Source: Schmidtea polychroa (Eukaryota). Taken from it: a stretch of DNA of 64,000 nucleotides. The stretch's first letter is position 1. Every line of letters starts with the position of its first letter. This document shows, one piece after another, positions 33,767 to 46,353 of the stretch. The DNA is taken from positions 31,622,001 to 31,686,000 of the forward strand of contig CM097885.1 in NCBI GenBank assembly GCA_044892525.1. Direction: 5' to 3'. Below the pieces are notes generated by a model, which saw only the letters and a list, made by a program, of their open reading frames with translations, was not told the DNA's origin and ran no database searches. Position numbers and translations under genes: made by a program.

Positions 33767-36619
33767 CATAAGATAAGCCTAGTATATATTAAATGAAATA
33801 TTTTCGATTATTATATAATCCTTAAGAAAAAATCAGTGAAATCGCCAGTTTGATCAGTCGTTGAGTTTGATGTAAAATCTTTGGGTTTTTAAAGATGCTT
33901 TTAAAATTGTTTCAGTTTTTAAATAATATTAAATATTATTAGATTAAATTTAATTAAGAAATATAAATGTTAAGAAATTTTAAGAGTAAAAATTAAAATA
34001 CAACTATATATAAGTTATAAATTATATCTTCAAAATATTACTTTTAATATTGTTGGTTGAAGTGTAGCTGATAGATATTATTTAAAACAACAATGTTTTC
34101 TTGAAACTTTGTAAATCAAGCTTATATAATGCCATTTTTACGCAATTAATTTTTTTAAGAATATATTTATATATTGAGCCGTAAAGTTAACATTAAAAAA
34201 AAGACTGTATTGAAACGTCTGTTTATGAAAGTTTTTGAAAGACTTTCTTTAAATTTAATCATTTCTGTAATTAATTTTTTTCAATCTTTTTTCCCTCATT
34301 CACATTTGCAGCTCTTGTCATTATATAATGGCGGCGCGCAACATATCCTCTTATTGATTTGGAATGAAAAATGACATTGAAAAAAAATTCATCCTTGATT
34401 ACACATTTTGATAAAATTTCTTTTAAACTATCTTTTTTATCAAACTCGTAATTAATGATGTAGAATACTTTCTTAGTTTAGATATTGAAGCTTCAATAAC
34501 TAATACCAAAATTTCATTTAATCCTTAATACCAACATTAATTATTTCAATATGTCTTATTTTTTAAATATTATAATTTTGAACTCCTTGTCGAGGATTTG
34601 AGTTCTTGGGTGCTCGGGTTCCAAATCCGACTTTCCATCCATTTTTGAAAAGGCCTATTATTAATATAAACAATTTAAAACTAAGAACTTGCCTTCAAAC
34701 ATTGATGATCATACATAAAATACAATTTTATTGCCATTAATGGAAAATCAAATATTTATGATAATAAACAGCTCAAAGCTTCTCATTAAAATATTTCAGT
34801 TTATTTTCTAATATATGTGTATATAACATATACAAGCAATTGTCTTATTAATTATCTTAATAATTATCCTATTAATTATTTTTCATTAGTGTGATTTTTT
34901 GAAGTAAATTATATTATATTTTTTAATAATTTTTCATGCCTCCTGATATAAATATTTGCCAAACTAATTTCAACTCATTAGTCTTTCACCGCTGGGCAGG
35001 CCAATGTCACATCTGTAAAGCTCCAAAACCAACTTTCTTGATTAATGGCTTTAATTATTAATTTATTTTGTAATTCGTAATTAATATTATTTTGGGACCT
35101 TCCAATCAATTATTATATTCATGCTTGTATTTTCATTTGCTATCTGCTCATACCTGTTTACCCGAGAAATATTGATTTTCAATTTTTTGATGTTTATTTA
35201 TGTTATCAACTTTCTGAATTTTTGTTAAAATTTGTTAAATATTTTATGTGTTGTATACAACTTTGTGTTCACTTATTTTTTATTTGCAGCTCATTTTGTA
35301 TAACCCAAAGTAATATAGCAAAGTAATCATTTTAATTATTTTAATCATTTAAAGTTTGCTCTAGTAATTAAATAATAAATAAATTTTTTATGTAAAAATA
35401 AAAATATTTAAAGACAATGTTTTTAAAAATTAACTTGTTTTTCATTCTGGGATCCAAAAAATTCAAAAGACTCAACAGATTGAATGCACAAGATTAAAGA
35501 GCCAATATTTGAATTTTATAATTAGTCCTTTAAAAATATAAACCAAAAATTATCAATATGACAAACAGAAAACTTTCGATTTTTCATAACAATAGACTCT
35601 AAAAAAATAATTTACAACTATCTCAGAAAAACAAAAAAAGTTAATTTGTAATATTGATTATTATTTCTGAAGAATCGACTTAACGCTTCATCAATAGAAA
35701 AAAAATTATCGACGTAATAAAACAAATTCAAATATTTGTTAAAATTTATTCTTTATAAAATTGAGATTACTCGTCAAGATAATTTTAATAAATATTAAAA
35801 TATTTATTGATATTTGTAGACTCCTCCATCATAAATAATTGTAATAAGAAAAATTAACTGTCAAAATTTTAAATTTCTTCGACTTATTTATTATTAAAAT
35901 TCAATCAGCTAGAAAATGATTAAATAATTTTTGGCATAAAGTTCAAACAAATTCGTGATGTATTTAAAACAAATTTAAGCCAAATAAAACACTAAAACAT
36001 ATTCTAATATACATTTCCGACATTGTTCACAGTTTTGCGGAGAACTTATTATTCATGTTGGGCTTTATATTGTAATTTAAGTAAAGGAAATGTGAATTTG
36101 AATAAATAGTTTAATAAAATTTTATAAATATATTTAAATTAAAAATATTTAATTAATACAAAACGCCCTTTCAATGCTTAATTTAAATTTGAAAATAAGA
36201 ACAGATATATTTTATTTAATAAAATTTTACAGCACTTTGTCAAATTTAGAATGTATTTAGCAAAGTTTTGTATTTTTGTAGTGAATAGATGACGATAATG
36301 ACTTCTTTGGCTACTGACGCAAAAGTACAGGTAGACATTTATACGGTTTGGATCAAGAAAATTGACATTTTGTGAAATAGGTACTACAAAACTCCATCTA
36401 ATATGATGAGAAGGACGTTTACAACTGGAAATAGTTATGAACTATAAATTCTAGATCAGTAAACTTAAGCAAACTTCATAAGCCGAGAACTTGATTATTA
36501 ATATTAATGTTAATAGAATAATTATAATTTTAATAATTAATAATTAACTCATTAAATCATATCTAATACGTAATTATTGTTTCCGTAAAACTTTTGACAT
36601 TGATTATACTGGCTAACTA

Positions 36620-36768
<149 letters not shown>

Positions 36769-37627
36769 CATAAAAACAAGATCAACATTGAATATTTTTT
36801 TTAATTTTTCTATTAATTGATAAGTAATTACAGACTAGACAAACAATAAATTATTTATTATTTATTTCCAATTATTCTAATTTTACAAATTTATTTACGT
36901 TTAAACTAGATTTATTTATTAACTTATTTCGACTTAATTTTAAACTTATTTTTAATTTTTAAATATTTTTTATAAAAAACCTCGCGCTTCTTTGAATCAA
37001 TTATTATTAAATATTTGATCCTTTCAAAAATGCTTTCATTTAATTTTGATTATAAAATATATATTTTTCGATTAAACATTTTTGAAATATTTATTATTTT
37101 CCATGATGATTCGAGTTATTATTAATATATTTTATCATTAATTACAAATTCATTATGCCATTTAATTGACAAATTCAACAATAAATTAAAGGATTATTAA
37201 TGAATTTGAAATTTTTATTATATTCGACGACATAAAATTATTTTGTATTCTGCGTCTTTAACGGGGTATGCGATTGAATATTTTGACTTTATATTTGTCT
37301 AAAAGCGGGATTCTAAAAATAGTGAATAAAAATAATACTTTGTGAATGTACGTTGTGAGAAAAGAAATTATTTTTAACAATGATTCTTCAACAATAATCA
37401 CTAAACACTAGACTTCACTAAATTTTGTTTCAAGGTAAGTAATATTCTTTTACTAAATGACGCTCAACCTTCATAGTTTTTACACCTCTAAAATAACCAT
37501 TGTGAAAGTCCGTCGTGTTAAATTTACTACCAGATATTTGTCTTTCAAAAAATATTATTTAAAACTTATTTGCTCAAATAACTTAAGATAAACATTACAA
37601 GCTTTGTGATATCCAGTGCAAATCCCA

Positions 37628-37669
37628 ATAGTAGACTAGTTTCGAGCTTTTGGTTCTCATCAGTACTAT
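37628..37669 (-). ncRNA. Minimal type I hammerhead ribozyme
   Basis: Minus strand: ATAGTA-CTGATGA-GAACCAAAAGCTC-GAAA-CTAG-TC^-TACTAT. Perfect 6-bp stem I, intact core, stem II with one A.C mismatch, palindromic short stem III (ACTAGT), GUC cleavage triplet. Confidence 0.85.
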
Positions 37670-38473
37670 GCAGGAGACGCGAAGTTTTCACTTCGCGCCA
37701 GGTAAGTATACAATATTGCTGATTCAACTCCATTGCATACCTTACCTGCTACACTAATAACTTAATCAGCTACTTTTCGAATATAGATTAATGTTTTTTT
37801 TTATTTAACACAATTTTTGGGTCCCTGTCTTTGACAATAGTAAAATAGAAATTAAACTTTTATTTAAATAATAATTAGTTTTATATAAAAAATATTTTAC
37901 CGCCTACAAATAAATTTAATACTTATAAAAATCAGGAAAATCAAGAAAAATGTCAGTTACTGCATGAGCTATATTTCATCAATTTTATTTCAAATGTAAA
38001 AATATCCTAATAAAATTATAATTCTGCGCAAAAGTACATAAACAAACCAAATTTAACAGATTTTATGAAATTTCTTTTTTCGTAAATTTAATTTACAACA
38101 AAGGTTTTCTTAGGAATTCTTAGTAATTAATTTGTACCACATGTTGGGACGTTTAATCTCATTAATTCCCATTGAAAAATAGAATTTCTAATAAATTCAA
38201 GTAGGAAAATTAAGTTAGAAGTTTTTATAAAGTTTGATGAATTAGAATTATTTTAAAATCCTAATTATAATTCAAAAAATATAATAATGAATGAATGAAT
38301 GAAATAGAGGAAATGAATAATCTATTTTATTTCACTATTTCATCAATTTCAGTCCCTCTAATTATTTATTAGATCTTTAATTAAGCCAACTCTGATAAGT
38401 AGAGGTTAATTTAAATGACAAATTGAAACAGAAAATTTAATTAATTGAAGATAAATATGATTTCAAATTGAAC

Positions 38474-38575
<102 letters not shown>

Positions 38576-40407
38576 TAATAATAATAATAATAATAATAAT
38601 ATAATAATAATATTTATGCCACCCATTTTCATTTTATTGAAACTTGTTTTAAATGATAAAATATTAAGCTTTCTTGAGCTTGTTTAAGGAAATTTATTTA
38701 TTCGGTAACGGTACCCAAATTTATGTCTTATTTTTAATTTTCAAACATTTATTTCTTGAAATAAAAAACAACAAACTTTTAAAATAAATTAATAGTTTAA
38801 ATTTTACTAATGAGGTGGTAAAAATAAATATTTGTGTTTTCATATTTTTCACAATCTTTTAATGTAAATCCCAAAAGCTTAAGATTAGCAAAATTGAAGG
38901 TACTTGTTTAAAATTGACCAATATTTTGTAAATATGGTTTATTATAAAGATGAAGAACAACACATTTGTATAATAAGTATGTAAGGTTTATTATTATATA
39001 CATTTATTATTATATCTATACAATATAAAACAAGATTATTTTAACATTACATATATGGTTGTGTAAACATTACACTTTTCATATACAAAATTTGTAAGAA
39101 AATTTTATTTTCACCATAAAAAAGAAAGAACACAAAGAAATAACTAAAATATGGACATTTTTTAAATATAAATCACGATGTAAGCTTGAGATGTCCAAAC
39201 TTACTTTTACTTGAACTTTATAGGATTCGACGGGCCAAATATCTTTGCAATCATATTAAAAAGAATAAATCTAAATAATACAAAAGATGGAAATTAATTT
39301 TAAATTAAATAATTTAAAATTAATTATTTGATGCATCCAAAATAAATCAAAAACAAATACACAAATAAGTATAGTATAAAATATTATAATATAATTACTT
39401 TTTTGTTTTTATTACTATACAAAAATATGATTGATATATTCGAAATTTGGATTACAATTGTATTTTCTGTGGATTTATTTTGTCTGCATATATTACTCAT
39501 TTTCGAACAGTAATTAAAGGATACTATAGTATTATAGTTTTTATTAGTATTTTATTAATTTTAAAATTTTTATTTTTAAAATTATAAAATATTATTTGTA
39601 ACTTATTGTTAGAAATAAAAAAATTAAAAATTGTATTTTTGAATGTTTTCCATAATTACAATAGAAAAAATTATTTTTTTAAAATTGTATACGCGGAATA
39701 CAAAATGTCTGTGCATCTTTGAAAAGATTCCCTCATGCAGCTTAGAGGAAACTTTAAATATCTCACGCTTCATTTTATATTTCTTTTTGATAATAATTGG
39801 CAGATTATTTATTTCTGCATAATTTGCATTGAGAAACTGTTAAAATATATATTTATTCTAACCCAGTGAATGATCGAGTAATTCGAAATTTGTTTATGTA
39901 TCATATGTAAGTAAACAATTTTTCAAACCAGCTTTATGAAATTAATGTTTAAACTTTATTAAGATTTTAGTTTTTTTTTCTATATATTTTATATGTTTTT
40001 CATTTAATCTTATTTTGTTTTTAAATTTATACATAAATTGTTTTGCCATCCTTACCATACAAGAAGCAACGACAAATCTTTATAAAAACTGTTATTTTTT
40101 GTACACTGAATAAAATAGAGTATTTAAAAATGAGAGAACACCAAATTATATCCATAAGCATTAATTCGGCAAGTTTCCCAGTACAATATTATGGGACTTC
40201 ATTATTCTTATTGTCATGCATGATGAATTAAGGTTGACACACCAATATCCTTCAACCCCATTTAAATGGGTACCCTTAAGTAATTGCAGAAAATAAGATT
40301 TTTTTGGCTATCTTATATTTACTAGTTGATACTCTTTAAACTTTATATATAAAATCAATACATCATATATAAATAATAAAAATATATAAATAAAAATTGG
40401 ATTTTAA

Positions 40408-40820
40408 CCCCTTAACAGCCTCACCCGGCGTCACTCGGGCAATAAAAAAGCAAATTTGGTATATCGCGAGTATACTCGTGCAAACTGCATATTAAATATA
40501 ATGGAGTTCTGCGCTGTCCATTTCATTTTGTTTCCATCAGAGTATACTCGTTTACAATTTATATACGGTCAGAAAATATTTTAGCCAAGTTGCAATATGT
40601 TATTATTATTTTTTTCAAAATTTTATTGTTCGCCCGAGTATACTCGGACAAATCCATTGAAAAATTCAGTTGTCAAAAAATATTATTTCTCAGTAAATAA
40701 TAAATATTTTGTTCAAATTTTCTTATCACTTACATCCAAATAATTTATATTTTCATAAAATAAAATAAAAATATATAGTTTTTTGACCGGTTTTCCGGTA
40801 TTAATTCGACCGTTAAGAGG
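40408..40820. mobile_element. piggyBac-type MITE
   Basis: TTAA flanks (40404-40407, 40821-40824); TIRs CCCCTTAACAG / CCGTTAAGAGG; three internal GAGTATACTC palindromes. Confidence 0.75.
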
Positions 40821-41357
40821 TTAATCAGAAAAAATCCAGAAAAAAGGTTAATATATTATGATATCATAATCAAATTCTCATTCCAAGTTTTTTGTACAGC
40901 GATACACAAGTTTGGTTTCACGTTTTTTGAGTTGGTTGCAAGACCTTTCATTGTTGAAAACCATAATTTCACAGATGCAAAATACAATTATTCCATCATC
41001 CGCTTTTAAGATTCCAAATAATAATAATTATTATTATAAAAATAATGTTTACAAAATACTAAAATTATAAAAGATATATAATAATAATTGTTATTCGCTA
41101 TTGGAAAATGGTAGAAATAAAATACCTAATTACTTTAACGTTCTTTTTCAATCGGTCAGCTGAAAGGAATTATTAGGTGTTGAGGTCTCACAAATTTATA
41201 TAGAAAGGCTTAGGTATAACAAATATATCTATTCAGAAATTTACACCGTCATTGATAGATCCAAAGAAATTCAATAGTTATTTTAATTAAGGACTTAAAA
41301 ACTAGAGACTGTTTCTTTGAAGTTGAAGATGAAGTTTTAATAATACTTTTATTTTAG

Positions 41358-41588
41358 ATAGCAATTTTGTATTGGGAAATGCACAAGCAAAAGACTTTCC
41401 TATAGTTTATTGTAGTGATGGATTTGTAGAACTTACTGGTTACAATAGAGCTCAAATTATGTCCCGTTGTTGCTCTTGCTGCTTTTTGTGGGGCGAAGAT
41501 ACATCTCAAGTTGAAAGGGATAAAATTTTAGAAGCTCTTCACACTCAAACTGAACTTAAATCTGAATTGATATTCTATAAAAAAAATT
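41358..41588 (+). CDS. elk: Elk/Kv12 channel, coding exon 2 (PAS domain)
   Basis: TTTTAG acceptor; (H)SNFVLGNAQAKDFPIVYCSDGFVELTGYNRAQIM...ELIFYKKN; GTAAGT donor; 231 nt, frame-compatible with exon 1. Confidence 0.96.
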
Positions 41589-41658
41589 GTAAGTTGATTT
41601 GTTTTTTATTATTTTTTTTCAAAAATCCATGTTTTCTATATTAATAATAATAATATTG

Positions 41659-42406
41659 AGAGTTAAAGAACATCTAGATCCTGTTGGAAAATCCTCGATA
41701 AACAGACATCTCCAACAATGTCAATCAAAGAAGGAAAGAAAAAAATATTTCAATCGAGATTCAAAGAAGCAATTCTCATCATAAACAAACGGCCAAAAAT
41801 CAACACTAAAGAAGAAATCAATGAAATCATCAATTTAATCTGTTGTCATTGACCTTGAGAATAGCTGATTTTAAACAATTTTAAAAAAATTTAAAAAATT
41901 AATAATTAAAATAATATAAAGATTTTAGGAAATATGCTTTCAAAAGATGGGATTTAGAAATCAAAATTGACACATTTATTAAAATATTTAAATAGCGTTT
42001 ATAAATAGTTATTGGAAGCTTTATTTTAAAAATATTTTAAAATATTTTATTAAAGGAGCTTCTAGCAGCTAATTATAGAAGCTTTAAAAATTTAAAAATT
42101 TTGCTTGGTGTCATTTTGAATTTTAAATGATATTTATTTTAATTTTAAATAAAATTTTTAAAAAATTCTTCAGAAAAAGAAAGTATATCATTATATTATA
42201 TTATATTTACAACCAATGAGTAAGAAAAAAGAAATAAAAGAAAGATAGAAATGTATGTTCGGAAGAAGATTGCTAAATTCCAGGAGATTGACAAAGACTA
42301 TTTTATAGTCGAAAATGTTTTCATTAAATACATTATTTGAAGCAAAAGGCTTAAATTATCACTTTATTGTTTTAAATAATAAATGCTGCTACCAAGAAAT
42401 CATCAT
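41659..42406 (+). mobile_element. Penelope-like element copy C (5'-truncated; GIY-YIG end plus pLTR)
   Basis: RVKEHLDPVGKSSINRHLQQCQ...EAILI...PKINTKEEINEIINLICCH*; homologous to copy B; starts ~70 nt after Elk exon 2. Confidence 0.88.
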
Positions 42407-42479
42407 ATTGAGATGAGTTATAAATTAGTTTATGAATAATTTATTAATAATATTTTTATCAATCTTTTAATACATTGGC

Positions 42480-44150
42480 GATCATGTGAGTCATATATGA
42501 CTCAAAATTTTAGACCAAATGGACAATGTGAACCACATATGACTCACACTCTTCAGACCAATTTTTTTAAACCTTTGACCTTTTTACGGTTTTCTTTGTG
42601 ATTATCAGCCTTAATAAAACCCTAAGAATCCTCTACAAATTATCGCCCCAAGAATAATTCTATTTTAAACAGCATTTTATTGAACAAAATTTTAAGATCA
42701 AAAACATCAAATATAACAGAAAAATTAATTACACTTTTGAGAAGCCTATTGAAGTAATGGTTAAAGCATTTGCTGCAACGAATGTCAACATGTCTTGTTA
42801 GATATGTGGCAATGGCACTTATGTGTTCATTGCTTAACTTCTTTATTTCAAATTGTATTGTTAATGTAAATGATTATGGCAATAAATGTTTTAAGTGGGC
42901 TGTCTTATCCGCTTTGCATCCAGCAAAATTCATGTTGAGAGATTATCAAATTATACTCCTTATGAAAATGAATTAAAATTCTGGGATGGATTTGAACATC
43001 CAATAAACTTTGAGGATATTCCAAAATTTGAAAAATTAAATAATTTATTAATAATTATTTATCAGTTGATTGAAGAATAAAAGATAATATCACTACGGGA
43101 TAATAAAAATGCACAGATAAATTTATTATTAATAAATAATGAAGAAATAATCATTATGTTTGGATTAAAAATTTTCAAAGTTTTATGATAAACAGAGTTA
43201 TTTGGATAAAATCAAAATATAGTAAAGTATGTCCTTTTAGTTTATCATATACGCTTGAAATGAAAGAAAAATACGAAGACCTTGTAAAGATAATAATCCC
43301 GTATTAATTAAAATGCCATCAATTAATAATTCTGAAATGTATTTTAAAAATCATGGGAAATTATTAAAACATTTAGGTGTTATATATGGAGATTTCAAAT
43401 CTATAAATTTAAAACAAAATCTAATAGAGAAATATCAAAATGTTTTAATAAAAAATTATTTGAAAAATTATTTGACCAATAATATGATAATGAACCAAAA
43501 TTCCATTACTAGAACAACTTAAAAGTTTTATAATTTCCATTAAAAAATCTTATACATTTCCATTGGTTCAACAAATACCATCAACATTTTGTTTATATTT
43601 TAAAAGTAATTACCCTGATTTGATTGAATCATGAGAAATATTTTATAGAGAAGATTGTCTGGATCAGTGTTGTTCAAACTGTGTGCCGCAGCAGTCAATT
43701 AAGTGCGAAATTTATTTGTTTATAATCATATTTATATTTCTTACTAGAAATAATGACTATCTAAAATACGTAAGCAGCTTAATTATGTTCATTTTTCATT
43801 AATTAATTTTTCTAAATTTAAAATTTTTTACATTAAATTTAGTTGTGCCGCGAAAATTTTTAATTCAGCCAAGTGTGCCGTGGCTCAAAAAAGTTTGGAC
43901 AACACTGGTCTGGATAAATTTGTTAAAAATATTAATGATATAGAATATAAATTATTTAAAATTTTACAAACAGTTTATAAATTAAACATGACCAGAAAAA
44001 AAGAATCAGAATTTAGAAAAACAAAACAATTTTGAATGTGTAAAAAAATCTTTGGCCGATTTGTATGAAAAAGTAAGAGATGATGGTCATTTCAGAGAAT
44101 AATTGTAGAGGAGCAACACATGAAACTTATAATATAAAATGTAAAAATAA
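42480..44150 (+). pseudogene. Decayed Maverick/Polinton-type protein-primed DNA polymerase B N-terminal region
   Basis: Frameshifted fragments in the expected order: NKCFKWAVLSALHPA/ERLSNY...DIPKFEKLNN; YFKN...VIYGDFKS (ExoI-like YADFE); YREDCLDKFV; EKVRDDGHF..RGATH (EndoVII-like). Preceded by TGAGTCA/TGACTCA motifs. Confidence 0.78.
43665..43907. mobile_element. hAT MITE inserted in the PolB remnant
   Basis: TIRs CAGTGTTGTTCAAAC / GTTTGGACAACACTG; perfect TSD GTCTGGAT. Excision restores the reading YREDCLDKFVKNINDIE. Confidence 0.93.
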
Positions 44151-45469
44151 TAAATAAAATAAAAATTCAAGATAGAGAAAGAAACAAATTCGTATTTAAT
44201 CAAACTAAATATACATAAATTATATTGATGTATTGTCAGAATTTGTTAACCAAAGAAACTTAGACTAGTTATTAAAGCTTGACATTTATTCAAGTATTTA
44301 ATTACATGACCCTAGATCAGATATTATTGAACTATACTAAGTTAAATTATATAGTTGATACCCATTAATGAGCATTGATATGTAGACCAACCTAACCACA
44401 GAAAATTATTAAGAGACTGAGTTACCAAACAGCTGGTATGTAAATATCTGTAAATTTAAATATGACGCCAGAAATTTGTTTTAATACAACAAAAATAATT
44501 ACTATTCCAAATTCTATGTCATCTTTACAAAGCACATTCAGCGCTCCTAAATATTTAAGAAATTTTTAATTTTTATAAATATATTTCAATTTTGTAATAT
44601 TCTAAATAAAATATATTCAATTGATATTTTTGTTTTATATCGTTTGTAAAAATAAAAAGTGGAGACTTCCTTTTAAATTATTTTATGTAGTAAAATAAAA
44701 TCTATTTTCGCAAAATTTACACTAAATAAATTCCAACTTTTACAGCTGTTGGGTTTGCCTAGTCTCGATTTCAACTTTAGCATTTGGATTCAATTAGTTG
44801 CCTATTCCTGGATTCACATCAAGTCTCGGCGGTTTGTGCATATTTCAAATAAATTATAAAATTATGATTAGATTAATGAAACACATTTAAATTATCACTA
44901 ATTTACACATTTCATTATGAAATAAAATTTTAATATCAGTTTTATGTGAAATTATACAACCGGGCAATTTACATGAATTTCCATTTTTTGGAATATTTCT
45001 ATGATTATTTGTATTTATTAATTTAATAAAATGTTTTCATTTTAGTAATGAATGTTAAAATGATACTTATTAAATGATAATTGAGTTGTTTTAATATTAT
45101 TATTGTAATTGAATCGAATTTAAAAATGATTGAAAATCTTATTACTATTTAATTGTATTAATATTGTTGGTTATTTGATAGTTAATAATAATTGATAGTA
45201 TTGCAATTGTCAAATGAAATGACACATTAAAATAGAAGTACCAAATGTTTTGTGTTATAATCTATAATCAAAAACTTGATGGAGATAAATGTAATTGTAA
45301 ATCAAAACTTGATTATTAAATTTAAATATTTTCATAATGTATTAGATTGTTTTTACATAACCCTCACTTGACTAAATTGCATATTCGCAATCAAATTTTA
45401 TCAAAAATGTAAGAGCCACCTTTGAAGTAGAATATGGAATAATAAATTGTTTAAAAGTATTACTAAGAG

Positions 45470-45538
<69 letters not shown>

Positions 45539-46304
45539 TGATATTATCAACTATTTAAGAAATTTCCTAGAATGTTTTGATATATTTATGCAGAAATATT
45601 TATAATTTTTATTTTTTAAATTTACTTCTTTAATTAATTAATATTTTTATGGGCATAATAATGTTTAGATGAAATTTTAAAAGTTAATCTTAATAAAATA
45701 ATTTAAAACTTATTTTATTGCTTGATTTAAACAAATCTACAAAAATATTGTTATTAAAAACTTTTAAAAAAGATTTTAAATTATTTAATTTTAAATGCAT
45801 CCTAGCAAGTCTTTTTGAAAACATTTGTAAACCCGATTGAGAAATTAATTACTTTGACTAAATTTATTTAATTTTTTAAAATGAATTTGAAAAATGAAAA
45901 ATTATACTAATTATAATGATAGCCTGTCATTTCTGACTTAAATTAACGAACATCTATCATTATATAATCGAAATAATTATCTTACAACTTATATTAATGT
46001 TGAGAGAAATTAAAAGTTTATTTACAAATTGTAAAAGAATTTGGAAAAAACAAAATTCAACATGCAATTTAGATTATCAATTGAAAAATTCTCAAGAACA
46101 ATTGGGAAGTGTATTATTCATTTTCTACTTGTATTCTTTCACAAACTGAATACATGTCAATCAAAATACACGTTGAAGTCAAATTGTAGGAGCGAAACAA
46201 AGTATCACACATACACTAGTGTTCTGTCAGAATTTTTAGGACTGTTGAATAACTGCAAATAATACCCTTTTGAAATAATATTTAAGCATGTTGAATTTGT
46301 ATGA

Positions 46305-46353
<49 letters not shown>

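Noticed and set aside
37560..37709. Full U1 snRNA gene
   Set aside because: Only the first ~13 nt match. No U1-70K or U1A loops or Sm site follow; a hammerhead follows instead.
44749..44860. Possible extra Elk exon after TTTTACAG
   Set aside because: No KCNH similarity and no donor before a stop; exons 2 and 3 already join in frame.
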